A DNA stretch of 64,000 bases from Podarcis erhardii (Eukaryota). The DNA is taken from NCBI GenBank assembly GCA_964252035.1, contig OZ176202.1; one strand, written 5' to 3'. Position numbers and translations under genes: made by a program. The notes beneath the pieces were generated by a model. The model made no database searches, had not been told where the DNA came from, and saw only the letters and a program-made list of their open reading frames with translations. Numbering within the stretch: position 1 is the stretch's first letter; each line of letters starts with the position of its first letter. Shown in pieces: positions 22,001 through 32,869 of the stretch.

Positions 22001-24948
22001 ATTCCCAGAAAATGCTATTTTTAGCTCTTATCTATGCAGTGATGATAAGGAGAATGTTCATTTGGTCAAAATAGCTCATTAGCAATACCACTCTTCCCTT
22101 GCAGAATGGATTCATCAAATTTTGTTTCGACAAGGTGCTCTTCCAGTCCTCACCATTTTGTTACAGTCTCCCGATTCGGAAGTACAGGTAAACTTGACAT
22201 TAAAACAGAAGTTTTTGAGCATTCAAAGCTGTGGAAATAGTCAGCTGCTCAACTGAACCTACAGATGCAGGAAAAGATAGACGAGACAGTAGTCTTTTAA
22301 CATTTTAACTTCCAGAAATTAGTAATTCAATGGTGTTGCACATACTTTTGCTTGGAGGGGGGTACTACATATGTTTGTGCACCTTGGAAATGAACTGCTA
22401 AGCTTTTTAGTGAAATGAAAAAACAGGTCATTGCAGCTTGAAGAAAGGTGCTCATTTCATAGTTCAGATTTGTTGTAGGGTTAAAGAAAATAGCCAGGGG
22501 GTATTCCAGTTCCTCAGTTCTGTTCTCAACTTTTGTTTGGAAATAGCTATTAATAGGCACTAACCTGTTTGAGATTCAAGAACTGAACAAATACTTCTTT
22601 CTCATCTTCAAATAGGCTAGTGCAAGAGAAATGCAAACATGTAAAATACATGACTGGAGTGTAGATTTTTATTCTGTTCTTACTATGACTCCTGAGAATT
22701 GTAAACAGCCTCATGATGAGTATTTTATGAATGCAAAGAATGCCATTTGCCTAGCAGAATCTATGCAGTATGCCTAGCAGAAGGGGACAAAATAGTGTGT
22801 GAGTGATTTGTTAAGAAAAGGGATCTGGTCATCTCACCGATGCAGTATTGTCCCCCTTTTTTGACTCTTAGACACCCAGACTCTCTACACAGTGTGGACT
22901 GTAGCGATCACAGTTGTGTCTCATTGGACAAATATTCTTTTTTTCCTGGGACATTCCCAAAACTCCTGGAGGTGTACTACAGTGCCAATCCAGAAAATGC
23001 AGGGAGATGCTGTATGCAAATACTCTCTCAATTTTATCACCCTAGGAACGCCATCATCAGTCATGGTCCCTTTCATTTGCTGTGAGGTCTTGACCACAGT
23101 TTAAGAACCCTTGGCCACAAGCTTTCCTTTCTCAAAATCACAACACTTCTCTTTCTTACAGTATTATAGCTGTGCAGCTCTGAGCAACATGGCCACAAAC
23201 TCGCAGCACCATAAAGCCATGCTCCAAACCGGTGATAGGTTTCTTCTGCAGATGCTCCTTTTCCTTCTGTCTTCATCTGTGGACAAGGTAAAGCTGTGGA
23301 TTATGCAGGTTTGTTTTACTAACAGCCCCCCTGGTTTATTCAGAAATATTATTTTGATACCAGTGGGGTGTATTTCCAAGTAAGGTATGCTTAGGACTGC
23401 AGGGTAAATATCTTGTGTATAGGGAAATGACTGAAAAGATGCTTTCTTCAGCATGGGGGCGCAAGAATACACAAAGGCTGGAGTTAGCTAGATGTGGCAT
23501 CTTCCATGAATTTCTAAGAGATCAAACTCAGAATCTCCTACAGTCAGAGGGGATTCCATGTTTAAATAATGGTGAGATCTCTTGGTTCAATATTTTCATT
23601 CTCACAGTGATGGCCTGGGAATATAGGGATGGGCTTTTTCCTAATCTCTGCCTGGAGAAGATTGTGAGGTAGTGTGGAGAGTAAAATTTCACAATTACAG
23701 ATCTTCCCAAACAAATGCAAAATTAACTGGATTGTTCACTAAGGCTGCATACACACCATGCATTTAAAGCACGTGACTTCCCTCGGAGTATTCTGAGCAC
23801 TGTAGTTTACCCCTCACAGAGCTTCCATTTGTAGCACTGTTAAACTACAGCTCCATTATTCTTTTCTTTTTGGGGGGATTGTCATGTGTTTTAAATGTTT
23901 TAAATATATGGTGTGTATGCACCTTAAATCAAGAGCAATTTGTTCTTCTGAAAGGCTACACATCCTTGTACTTTTAGGCACCCATAAGTGGCGCTTTTTT
24001 GAGTATCTCTCAGATATCTATGGGGCACTCTCACAGTTGGCTTTAAAGGCTTAGTTTTGCCTCATGTCGCCACAGAGGACATGCTTACATTTTAACTTTA
24101 CCCATCATTGACCCATAATCCTGTCAGAACATTTTGGAGGTTTAGCAAGTATTGCACGAAGCTATTGTGGACCAGTCAGCTTTGCGGCCTTTTCACAGCC
24201 AAAAGTTCTTTCTCTGTTGGGTTCTGATTTCTTTGTTTTCTGCAACTAGGTTTCCAACCAGGCTTGTGTCTGTCTCAGGAATTTAGCCGCGAGTGGTAAG
24301 TACTACAGTCCTAGCTTGCTAATAAACGAAAAATTGCAGTCACTTAAAACATACAAAAATAGAACCCCCTCCTTCCTGTGTTTTGTACAGTCTAGCCTCT
24401 GGAAGGAATGTCCTCAAGTCACTCTTTGTTCTTTTAAGTAAGATGAATACCATGTTTTGGTTTCAGGCACGTGGATGGTGTGACTTTTTTTTTTTTGAAA
24501 GTTAATGAACCCTTCAGTTACCAGAGGCTGTGAGAGTGACAGTACTGTTGTTCTAAAATATACCAACAATCACGGATTCAGTTTTTCAGAGAAGGTGACT
24601 GCAAACCAATCCAGCATTCAGACTGATGTAAAGATTAGTAAAACTTGATTGACCAATACCTTACAATGCTCAAGGCACATTTCTGCCACAGATGTTTGGG
24701 GCGGGAGAAAGATCATGTGGAAGTTTTACACCATCTAGAGAAGGAGAAAAGAGACTGAAGGAGGAGTTGGTGAAAAATATCCCTGGCCACTGACATTTTT
24801 GCTCATGTGCTTGTAATGAAAGATGTCTCTCTGTGTTTTAAATCGACAAGCAAGATCATTAATATGGATTATAACTACAAATCCATACACTTCCTTTTAC
24901 CATTCTTAAACTGTCAATTCTGTGAGGATAAAGTAGACAAGAATAAGG

Positions 24949-24992
<44 letters not shown>

Positions 24993-25144
24993 CTTTTTCT
25001 GGGGGGCCGCAGGGGTATGCATACCCCTAAACATTTTGTGAATCTAAGTTTGGCCTCATTGAGGGGCAGTATTTCAATAGTATTCCTATGAATAGGAAAA
25101 TGAGAGTACCCCTATACATTCCCCCCCGAAAAAAGCACTGTTTT

Positions 25145-25182
<38 letters not shown>

Positions 25183-28100
25183 ATCACTTGCGCCTAGCAG
25201 CTGATTTTGCACAACCACAATCCCAACCAAAGTTACAGAAACACAACTCTTTGTACCCTTTCTATCAATTTCAGTCCCCTGATTCTGAAGAGAATTCTTT
25301 CCAGCAGTGCCTTTCTACAAACACCAGTCCAACCCTCTTGTGCAGTTTGGTCTTCATCTTCATTTGACTTTTCATTAAAATCAGAACCTAAAGTTTAACT
25401 TCTATACTGTCATAACATAACATTGCCTGATCTGTGAAGTCCAGCTGACTTGATTGAGTCAGTCTAGAGGAGGCCCCTTTCTCTCACAAATCCTTTTTCT
25501 CCAAAGCAGCTTCTATTGATCTGCACACATGACCTTGAGCAACCTTCTCATTTTCCAAACAGAGAGTGGTCAGACCAGCATCCTTGCTTTGGGGATCCCG
25601 TCCCACCTGCTCCCTCTCCTGGCATCTAACAGGAAAGACACTCAGCACAATTCCATCATTCTTCTCCGGATTTTATCCCAGCACCCAGACAACCAGGTAC
25701 ACATTTCTGTTTTATATTACCCTTTGCCTTGTAAGCTTTAGTCAAATGTGCATGGCCGTAATGCTCCGAGGCAGCTCAACCTTGAAAGATGACAGTGGAC
25801 GAAAGTTTCATCAAAGGTAACACATTTAAAATGACAGTTTGACGCGGCCAGGTGATCAGTAGACAATAATTCAAAATTCATTCTGAAAAGGCTTCAGCAT
25901 GCATTTGAAAGTGTGGGATGATGTGCATATCCAGAAATAAGGTTGGAAAGGGAGCGCTGGGAACAAATTCTGATTATAATCATATTGGGTTCTAATTTGT
26001 CTTCTTGAGATTCACATTCTGTAGCAAATATCCATTTGTGGTTGTGATGGATGGCATAGCTGCTTTGGCATTGGAGAAAATGTTCTGTGACAGAGGAAAC
26101 CTGAACAATTAATCCTCAGTAGAGATGTTTATATTGTCTTCTATTGGGTCAGCTTTTCATCTTGGTTTGCCCAGACTACTGGTTTCAATGCCCTCCAGCC
26201 TGGGGTTGTTTTTTTTAAAGACCTTTTCAAGGATTCCCATTCTGCTCTGACCTGAATTCCAAGTGAAGTAGAAAAGGAGCTCTCCATGGGAACCCCAGCA
26301 GGAAAACAAACTGTGGGACAAAGCTAACATTTCCAACCAAGATGAACTAATGTTTCAGTGGTTACCAACACTACACTGTGTTCCTAGGGAAGAAGAAATC
26401 GTTTGTTCTTTGGTGACTTTGGGTTTGGTTGACTTCATAGCACCTTCATTCCTTAACAAACAGAAAAGCCCCACATCTTTGTAATATAAACTTGCCATCT
26501 GCATTCGGATGTGGGAGTGATATATGAGTCTCTATATGGTGGGACACAGGCATCAATAAAATGAATGGAGGTTGTAACATGGGAGGTTTGTGGTGGAACA
26601 GGAAAGTCAAATCCTGCATGTACCATTGGATGCGCACACACATTTCAAGATCATCTGATGTGGTTTGGAGGTAGTGCAGGCTTGATTTCTCTGCATTGCT
26701 GCCGTGAGTTGGGACTGAAACACTAAGAGACAACAATTTGTGGAGTTTTTCATAATTCTCCATCCCAGCTTTGTAGCTCCTAAATTGCCATACACTTGTT
26801 GCAGTTCATCCTAAATGTAAAGAGTTTTAAAAACTTAAAGCATATCTCTTTGATTCCTTAGTAATTCATTCACTCTACTCTTTTTGGTGCCTGCTTAAAA
26901 AAGAAAAGCATGTTTGTTTCAAAAGTTCCAGTGTATCTGAAGAAGTGTGCATGCACACGAAAGCTCATACCTAGAACTAACTTAGTTGGTCTTTAAGGTG
27001 CTACTGGAAGGAATTTTTTGTTTTGTTTCAAAAGGTTTGTCTGGACATGCAGAATATTGGCATGTGTTTTCTGGTTTTAGTTTATTGCTGATTTTTAATT
27101 TTTTTAAAAAATGTTGTAAATACTTGTTTTAATTGGGGATGGTTTTTTTACTGATTATTGTTTTTATTCTTTTTTTACCTGCTTTGAGGTTTTATTAACA
27201 ATTAAGTGATATATATATCTATATATCTCAATCACCCATCTCTAGTCCCATTCACAGTGGTATGGTAGAACCATGTCTCTTCTGCTGCCTTCATTTCAGC
27301 TACTCACTGGCTACCTTTCCCTTTGCAGGATGCACTGATGTGTGATGAAGTGCTGCAGGCGGTAGGGAAGCTGCTGCTCACCTGGAAAATGGACCCAGTG
27401 ATTGTAGGTCACGCTGCCTGCTTTATTAAAAATCTCAGCCTTTCCAGAAGCATACAGGTGAGTGCCAAGTCTCCCTTTCAGGATTACACATTGTTCTGAA
27501 GGCTTCACTTCACTAAGTGAGATTAAAATAAGGTTACCAGATTTTTTTCAATGAATCTGGGGACACTTTTCAACTTCAATGGATTTTGTATGGGGACTGA
27601 TTTGTAAATCTGGGGACTGTCCCCGGGAAACAGGGACATCTGCTAACCTTATAATTAAAATGAAACATCGTCTTTGCTTCATTCAAGGGAGTAAATGACC
27701 ATGTGTTTCAAAAAGTACACAAGAAAAATCTTACCAACAAATAAAAAGCAAGTTGTGACTTTTACGCCTTCACTGTAGGCTTTTTGGAAATTTGGCTTTG
27801 TTGGTATACATGCTTTTTCAACTAGGTTGTTCCTGTTCCTCCTCCTTCTCCTTCATTAAATTTGTATACTGTTCTCCATTTGAAGACCATACGGCAGTTC
27901 ACAACATAAAAATACAAAATGAGAACACAAAATACATAATAAAACAAAAGCAAAAACCAACCAATAACACCCCTTCCCACAAACACATTTAAAAGGCCAT
28001 AGAATGCTCAACCAACCAAAGACCTGGCTATAGAGAAACATTTTTGCCTGGCACCTAAGGCTATATAATGAAGGCACCAGATGAGCCTCCCTGGGGAGAG

Positions 28101-31100
28101 CATTCCACAAACAGGGAGCAACTGCAGAAAAGGCCCATTTTCATGTTGCCATCCTCCAGACCTCTCATGGAGGAGGCACACAAAGAAGGGCCTTAGATGA
28201 TAATTGCTCAAGAAAGTGGAAACCCACTGTGTATGGATAAATGTTTGCAGGAAATATGCCATATATTCTTGGCTCCTCATACCATCTCCCAGATTGCCTT
28301 GTTATCACACACTTGATGGCTTCTTGTGAAATGAAGGCTATTGTAACACATATCATTGCAGACTTACTCTGTATTCATTAATTTCAAGCACATCCGTGTA
28401 ATTTGAACTCTCCTGGTGGGACAGTCTCAGGGCGTCATGATGCATAACTAGGGCATTTAAGAGAACATGTATTTGCATAGATTAAATCCCCACAGATGCC
28501 TTTGTTGCACACATTTCTGGGCTTAACAGCTGAATAGGCACAGCCCTGAAGGCCCAAGGCAAACTATGAGCTTGGCATCTATTATTGCGGCGGGGGGGGG
28601 GGGGACACACCATAATTTTCAGAATGAATGTAACAACATCATCTACTTTTGTTATTTGCAGAGAGTCATAGAAAGTCCATGCATTGAAGGACTTTTTCAA
28701 GCTGTCCAGAGTGTAGACTTTCTAGAAGAGGAATCTCTTCACTGTGTGATGTCTTCTCTTGTTGACCTGATGAAACATGGTAAGGGGGCATCCAGAGTGC
28801 TGAGTGGATGGGCTGATAGCACACACATTTTGTACTCATTGATTTCCGTTGCTGCTGCCAACTTTACAGCACAGTGTTATGCATGTCTGCTCAGAAGGAA
28901 GTGCTGTAGCCTTTACCTACGCAAAAGTCAGTGTGCATAGGGTTGCAGCAGCCTTACAATTTTGGGGCACAGAGGGAACCAAAGGGCAGTCATAAAAATC
29001 AACGGATTCCCACAGTCAGTTCTACGTTATCCCACTGGTTGCATAGCTAACAGAGCTGCTAATAGGAGTGAAACACAGCAGACAAGTGATTTTAATCCCA
29101 ACTCAAAGTGTTGTATCGGTAACATAGTGTTGACATTGCTAGTAATTTCTCTAGTGCTTCTAGACCAGCAGAGGCAAACATGGTACCCTCTAGGTGTTTA
29201 CTAGCTGAATGTATGGAAAGGGAGGTAGCAGGGCAGCAGAGCATCACATTTCCCATTGGTGAAACCCTCCCTAAGGAATCTTCCCACTTATATCTGCTTC
29301 TGAACATTTTGACACCCCCCTTTCTATGTATGTATTTCAGTCTTCTGAAATCCATTTTACTGGCCTCTGAAGCTCTGCTAGTCTCTTTTCAGCCTTGGCC
29401 CTAGGGCTGTTCATTTGTCTCCTTTTATTTCAACTCTGCTGATTTAGTCTTTTACTCTGCTCTTCTACCACCAGAGGGAGCCACAGTGCGCATGCTGGAA
29501 TTGGCGGATGACTCAGTGGTATGCAGTCTGGCGACACTGGCTGGCCAAGTGGAACAAGCAGAGCTTTCGTTCCACGCTGCCCTTGTGATCAAACACCTCC
29601 TACAGCACAGTACGTATCAATGTAAAAGATCTGATGTTTGCATTTCCAGCATGCCTGATATCACTCAAGTGACAACAACAGAAGTCCCATGGGCCCAAAC
29701 AGGTTGAATAGCAGGGGAGAACACTGTACCAGTCAGCTTTGACAAAACTTTTATTTATTTTCTAATCCTGCTAATTCTAGGATAGTTTTCAGAGAGTTAC
29801 CTGGGCTACAATAGGACTCCCTAAGATTTTTTTTTCTTTCTGGACTAAGTGGCAGCTGCATCTATCAGTTGTCCCACACCAGCAGACTCCTTTGGGTATA
29901 AAGAATACATGTTGAGTTCATGGCAGGAGCTTCTGTCTTGCTTGTGTAAATCCTTTTCTCAGTATTACATTTCCCTATTGAAGATAGCAACACTGCACAA
30001 AGCCGCTAAAATATTTGTGCATCACTGTGCGTCATATGAAGTGACGCTTGATTTGAATAACCAATGATAACATAAACATAATGTTTCTGTTGAATGCACC
30101 ATATAACATTTTAAAATAACAGATGTTATAAGTGTTAGATTCAGAATAATCACAGTGAGTGTATATTATTATTATTACAGCGGCCAAAATCAGCAAGAAA
30201 TCTTATTATTCTGAGTTACAAACTTCAACTTTATGAACCAAACCTGAAGTTTAAGGCTGAAGTTTAATACCATACCAAACCTGAAGTTTAAGGCTGAAGT
30301 TTAATACCAAACCTGAAGTTTAATATCATACTGGCATTCATGATTGGTATATATGAATTCTGAATATTATTAATTAGCATTATAAAATCTTTATTTATTA
30401 AGGTCTCAAGGCAAATCACATAGTAAACAAATATAAAAAACACAATAAAAATGATCGCACTAAACATCGGCCCAAGCATACATTTCCCACCATAAAATTA
30501 TCATAAGCATTCCCAAACTATGAATACCAATTTATAATTTGTCATTCACCCAACAACTTAGTAACAAGAAAACCAAATAGTGCATCAGCGATGTAATGGG
30601 GTATCAACATTTTACAGTGCATGTTTACTCAGAAGAAATCCCACTTTGTTCAGTGACTTACTCCCAGGTTAAGTGTGTAAAATGTTGCCTCGTGCATTCA
30701 GTTTTGTAATTATTCCTGTCTCCAAATTAATTGCACAGAAGAGGTGGTGTCTTTGTTGAAATCTCATATGAGCAAGGTACAGCAATACCTCATCAAGTAT
30801 CTTATTCACCAAGAGAATCGCTTTCAGCATCTGGGCATATCCACTCTCTGCATATTACAGAAAGGTATGGACTGCTGTATCACTCGCCACATAGCATCCC
30901 ATGGGGTTCCTATGCTATGGCATAACAGCTAAGCTCATTAGTACTTACCAGAAGCACCGCAGCTATAATGCGCAGCTGAGTCCTGCCTGTTTCTGGTTAT
31001 GAAAACCAAAGTCCTCCTTTAAAAAAGGTTTGGTGGAAAGTTAATTGACTCTCATTTCACTGAGAATGCAATCAGAACTTTATACAGGCTCATTTGCCGT

Positions 31101-31844
31101 ATTCATTACAAGGCTTCCTACTGGAAGTGAATCTGTTCTCATAATCGCATATATGAATCCTGGAAACAGCTATTTACGGTTCTCATAAAAAAGTGGGGAG
31201 TAGTCTTCTTTTTTGGCATTTTTAAAAAATCACAGTGGAAAAGTAGTTATGCATGCACCTTCCAGCACCAAACAAACCTGACTTACTTTTTTAAAAAATG
31301 TATCGGTTAACATGGAATGCAAAATAACTTCCATGCATAAATGTTTGATAAATGGCTTAGATTATCATCACACTCTGTGTCTGAAAGTGGGGAAATACCC
31401 CTAGCAAAGAAAGCAGGAAGCAAGATTCTCAGGAGACATTGTTGAACAAGTAAATGATCAAAGGATGTATCTAACTTACTCTTGGAAAGTATTAAAACAA
31501 CAAGGAATATATTAGGTGTGAGTAATAGATAACTCCTGTTCTCAAAGTTGGTCAATTTGGCTTTGATATGAATGTCAGATTTTTGTAGATCCAAGCTGAA
31601 TGCAAGACAGGAGAACGAAACCTCTCTCCAATGTTTTGTATAGTTGTGGACCAGGGCAAGATGTACACATATGATGAGTTGTGCAGGTCTAGAAGTTGAG
31701 TTGTTGCTTCCCTATTTTTTAGATGCAGAGTTTTCATCAGCATTCAACCAGAGCCAACTGAAGAAGCACCTTGACCAAGTCCGTCAACAAACTGCAGAAA
31801 CACAGGAGCTTCTCAGTATTGCTGTCAGACATATGGACACCTGA
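18788..31844 (+). CDS. Vac8-like armadillo-repeat protein, complete 14-exon CDS, 1731 nt / 576 aa
   Basis: Exons 18788-19013, 19841-19963, 20435-20554, 20930-21049, 21703-21825, 22105-22187, 23162-23287, 24250-24295, 25563-25696, 27329-27457, 28662-28779, 29475-29609, 30739-30864, 31723-31844. All introns are GT-AG, phases are consistent, there is no internal stop, and it ends in TGA. ARM consensus segments (LLxLLxSxDxxVQxNAxGAIxNL) align by eye with yeast Vac8. Confidence 0.9.
19841..19963 (+). CDS. Vac8-like exon 2 (GFEMSPLGKVSLEALRTLAFSENPSLQKSAALYYLNINHQN)
   Basis: Acceptor ctttcttaag, donor gtaaga; 123 nt; resembles Vac8 [21 protein letters not shown]. Confidence 0.9.
20435..20554 (+). 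CDS. Vac8-like exon 3 (LNIQLPREHLEIYYALLKSNDLEVQQISSSSLVNFLLEGS)
   Basis: Acceptor catccttgcag, donor gtgagt; 120 nt. Not in the ORF track. Confidence 0.88.
20930..21049 (+). CDS. Vac8-like exon 4 (VTKDHVVQMDLIEPILELLESEDATVQCNSCACIMTLAVT)
   Basis: Acceptor aaacag, donor gtgagg; 120 nt; resembles Vac8 [35 protein letters not shown]. Confidence 0.9.
21703..21825 (+). CDS. Vac8-like exon 5 (DVSHEAIAAGGGVVPLLALSKSYDPRVQQNAAGAIFNLTQS)
   Basis: Acceptor gttttgccag, donor gtatta; 123 nt; canonical ARM repeat. Confidence 0.93.
22105..22187 (+). CDS. Vac8-like exon 6 (EWIHQILFRQGALPVLTILLQSPDSEVQ)
   Basis: Acceptor ttcccttgcag, donor gtaaac; 83 nt; phase 1 to 0. Confidence 0.92.
23162..23287 (+). 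CDS. Vac8-like exon 7 (YYSCAALSNMATNSQHHKAMLQTGDRFLLQMLLFLLSSSVDK)
   Basis: Acceptor ctttcttacag, donor gtaaag; 126 nt; resembles Vac8 VQYYCTTALSNIAVD. Confidence 0.93.
24250..24295 (+). CDS. Vac8-like exon 8 (VSNQACVCLRNLAAS)
   Basis: Acceptor gcaactag, donor gtaagt; 46 nt; resembles Vac8 VKCQATLALRNLAS. Confidence 0.9.
24950..24990. repeat. (CA)n microsatellite
   Basis: Directly visible. Confidence 0.97.
24990..25140. mobile_element. Short MITE ending in AAAAAAGCACTG
   Basis: cagctttttctgggggg...gaaaaaagcactg; sister copy at 15944-16104. Confidence 0.6.
25144..25181. repeat. (TG)n(AG)n compound microsatellite
   Basis: Directly visible. Confidence 0.95.
25563..25696 (+). CDS. Vac8-like exon 9 (ESGQTSILALGIPSHLLPLLASNRKDTQHNSIILLRILSQHPDNQ)
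   Basis: Acceptor ttccaaacag, donor gtacac; 134 nt. Confidence 0.88.
26926..27021 (+). mobile_element. Penelope-like terminal fragment with 13-bp TSD TTTGTTTCAAAAG
   Basis: ctgaagaagtgtgcatgcacacgaaagctcatacc...cttagttggtctttaaggtgctactggaagg; duplication at 26913-26925 and 27022-27034. Confidence 0.65.
27329..27457 (+). CDS. Vac8-like exon 10 (DALMCDEVLQAVGKLLLTWKMDPVIVGHAACFIKNLSLSRSIQ)
   Basis: Acceptor ccctttgcag, donor gtgagt; 129 nt. Not in the ORF track. Confidence 0.88.
27529..27651. mobile_element. hAT-like MITE
   Basis: TIR TAAGGTTACCAGAT ... ATCTGCTAACCTTA. Confidence 0.65.
27870..28240 (-). mobile_element. L2 LINE 3' end
   Basis: Minus-strand translation WNALPREAHLVPSLYSLRCQAKMFLYSQVF is typical of the L2 ORF2 C-terminus, followed by a T-rich tail. 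Confidence 0.75.
28662..28779 (+). CDS. Vac8-like exon 11 (RVIESPCIEGLFQAVQSVDFLEEESLHCVMSSLVDLMKH)
   Basis: Acceptor ttatttgcag, donor gtaagg; 118 nt; phase 0 to 1. Confidence 0.82.
29475..29609 (+). CDS. Vac8-like exon 12 (EGATVRMLELADDSVVCSLATLAGQVEQAELSFHAALVIKHLLQH)
   Basis: Acceptor ctaccaccag, donor gtacgt; 135 nt. Confidence 0.85.
30237..30324. repeat. Local tandem duplication (unit accaaacctgaagtttaaggctgaagtttaat, about 2.6 copies)
   Basis: Units start at 30237, 30274 and 30306; the core ctgaagtttaa occurs five times. Confidence 0.9.
30739..30864 (+). CDS. Vac8-like exon 13 (KEVVSLLKSHMSKVQQYLIKYLIHQENRFQHLGISTLCILQK)
   Basis: Acceptor ttgcacag, donor gtatgg; 126 nt; resembles Vac8 FLIRFLKSDYATFEHIALWTILQL. 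Confidence 0.88.
31723..31844 (+). CDS. Vac8-like exon 14 with stop (DAEFSSAFNQSQLKKHLDQVRQQTAETQELLSIAVRHMDT*)
   Basis: Acceptor ctattttttag; 122 nt to TGA; phase consistent. Confidence 0.8.
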
Positions 31845-32509
31845 AGAATTGTTCCACCCTATGCGTTTTGCTCTAGGTGGTGTCGCTCTGGGTGGCTAGC
31901 TTGTTGCCTCTGTATAGGGAGCTGACTCATAATGTGGGTGTCTCAGTTTCACGCTATGGCTGTGGGCAAATCCACAGCAAGCACATGCACAATAGGACTT
32001 TTAACTTCCATATGGGTGGAAATTAGGGACCAGTTTACACAGTAATGTATTACTGCTCCATTATTCAGCGCTTGATGACTCACAGTAGGATGTGTGGGCG
32101 ATTCTGCAGATTCTACTAAAAAGCACTGTGCTTGAAGTTTTATAAAAGGTCTGTTAGTGCTATTTGATCCATGATGGCTGATTCATACAATGCATCTCAT
32201 TATTTGATACATGGATGTGCATGCATAGGCCAGGCCTGAGGATACTTTCACTATCCTTAGATGTACAGACTGTAGCATTGCATTGTCCTTGTTGAGGCAT
32301 TCATGAACTGTGAGACCCTATACTGGTAGACTAATCAATCTTGCTCTAGGTTCAGCTCTGGCAACATGCAATCCATTTCACGAGGCAAATATCTTCATGC
32401 TGCCTAGGCATTTCTGATGGCCTGAAACTCATCTGCAAGTTGATGGCAGTCTCCCATTTCAGAATACCTGAACCCTAATTTCACCCCTTCCAGATAACCA
32501 GTTGTAAAT

Positions 32510-32515
32510 AATAAA
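32510..32515 (+). terminator. Candidate polyadenylation signal (AATAAA) of the Vac8-like gene
   Basis: First AATAAA noticed about 670 nt after the stop, followed by T-rich sequence. Not verified. Confidence 0.35.
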
Positions 32516-32838
32516 ATCTTAGCTTTTCAAGTGAAATTTTATAATCTTTTATTAAAATCTACATTTTGAGAAAGAAATGTGTGTGAAAAGTATGTATCAT
32601 GCTAGCTGGTACTATTATATAATGCTCCCAAGTCAGCCTGTGTTTATACATGAATGACCAATCAGTACTTTCATTGCCTAAGGATATGTTGTGGGGGAAC
32701 ACTTTACAGCTTTTGAGACCTCAGTTTTCAGCATGAGGATTTTAGCACATTATCCAAAGCATGAATTTGTTGGCACATTTCAGAAAACTGATTAGCTTTC
32801 TCCAGGATTTAATTAAAATAGTATTCCTTCAGCTTAAA

Positions 32839-32869
<31 letters not shown>

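Noticed and set aside
18788-31844. ARM gene as a pseudogene or as scattered chance ORFs
   Set aside because: All 14 exons have canonical splice sites, consistent phases and no stop or frameshift over 576 codons, which is very unlikely by chance.
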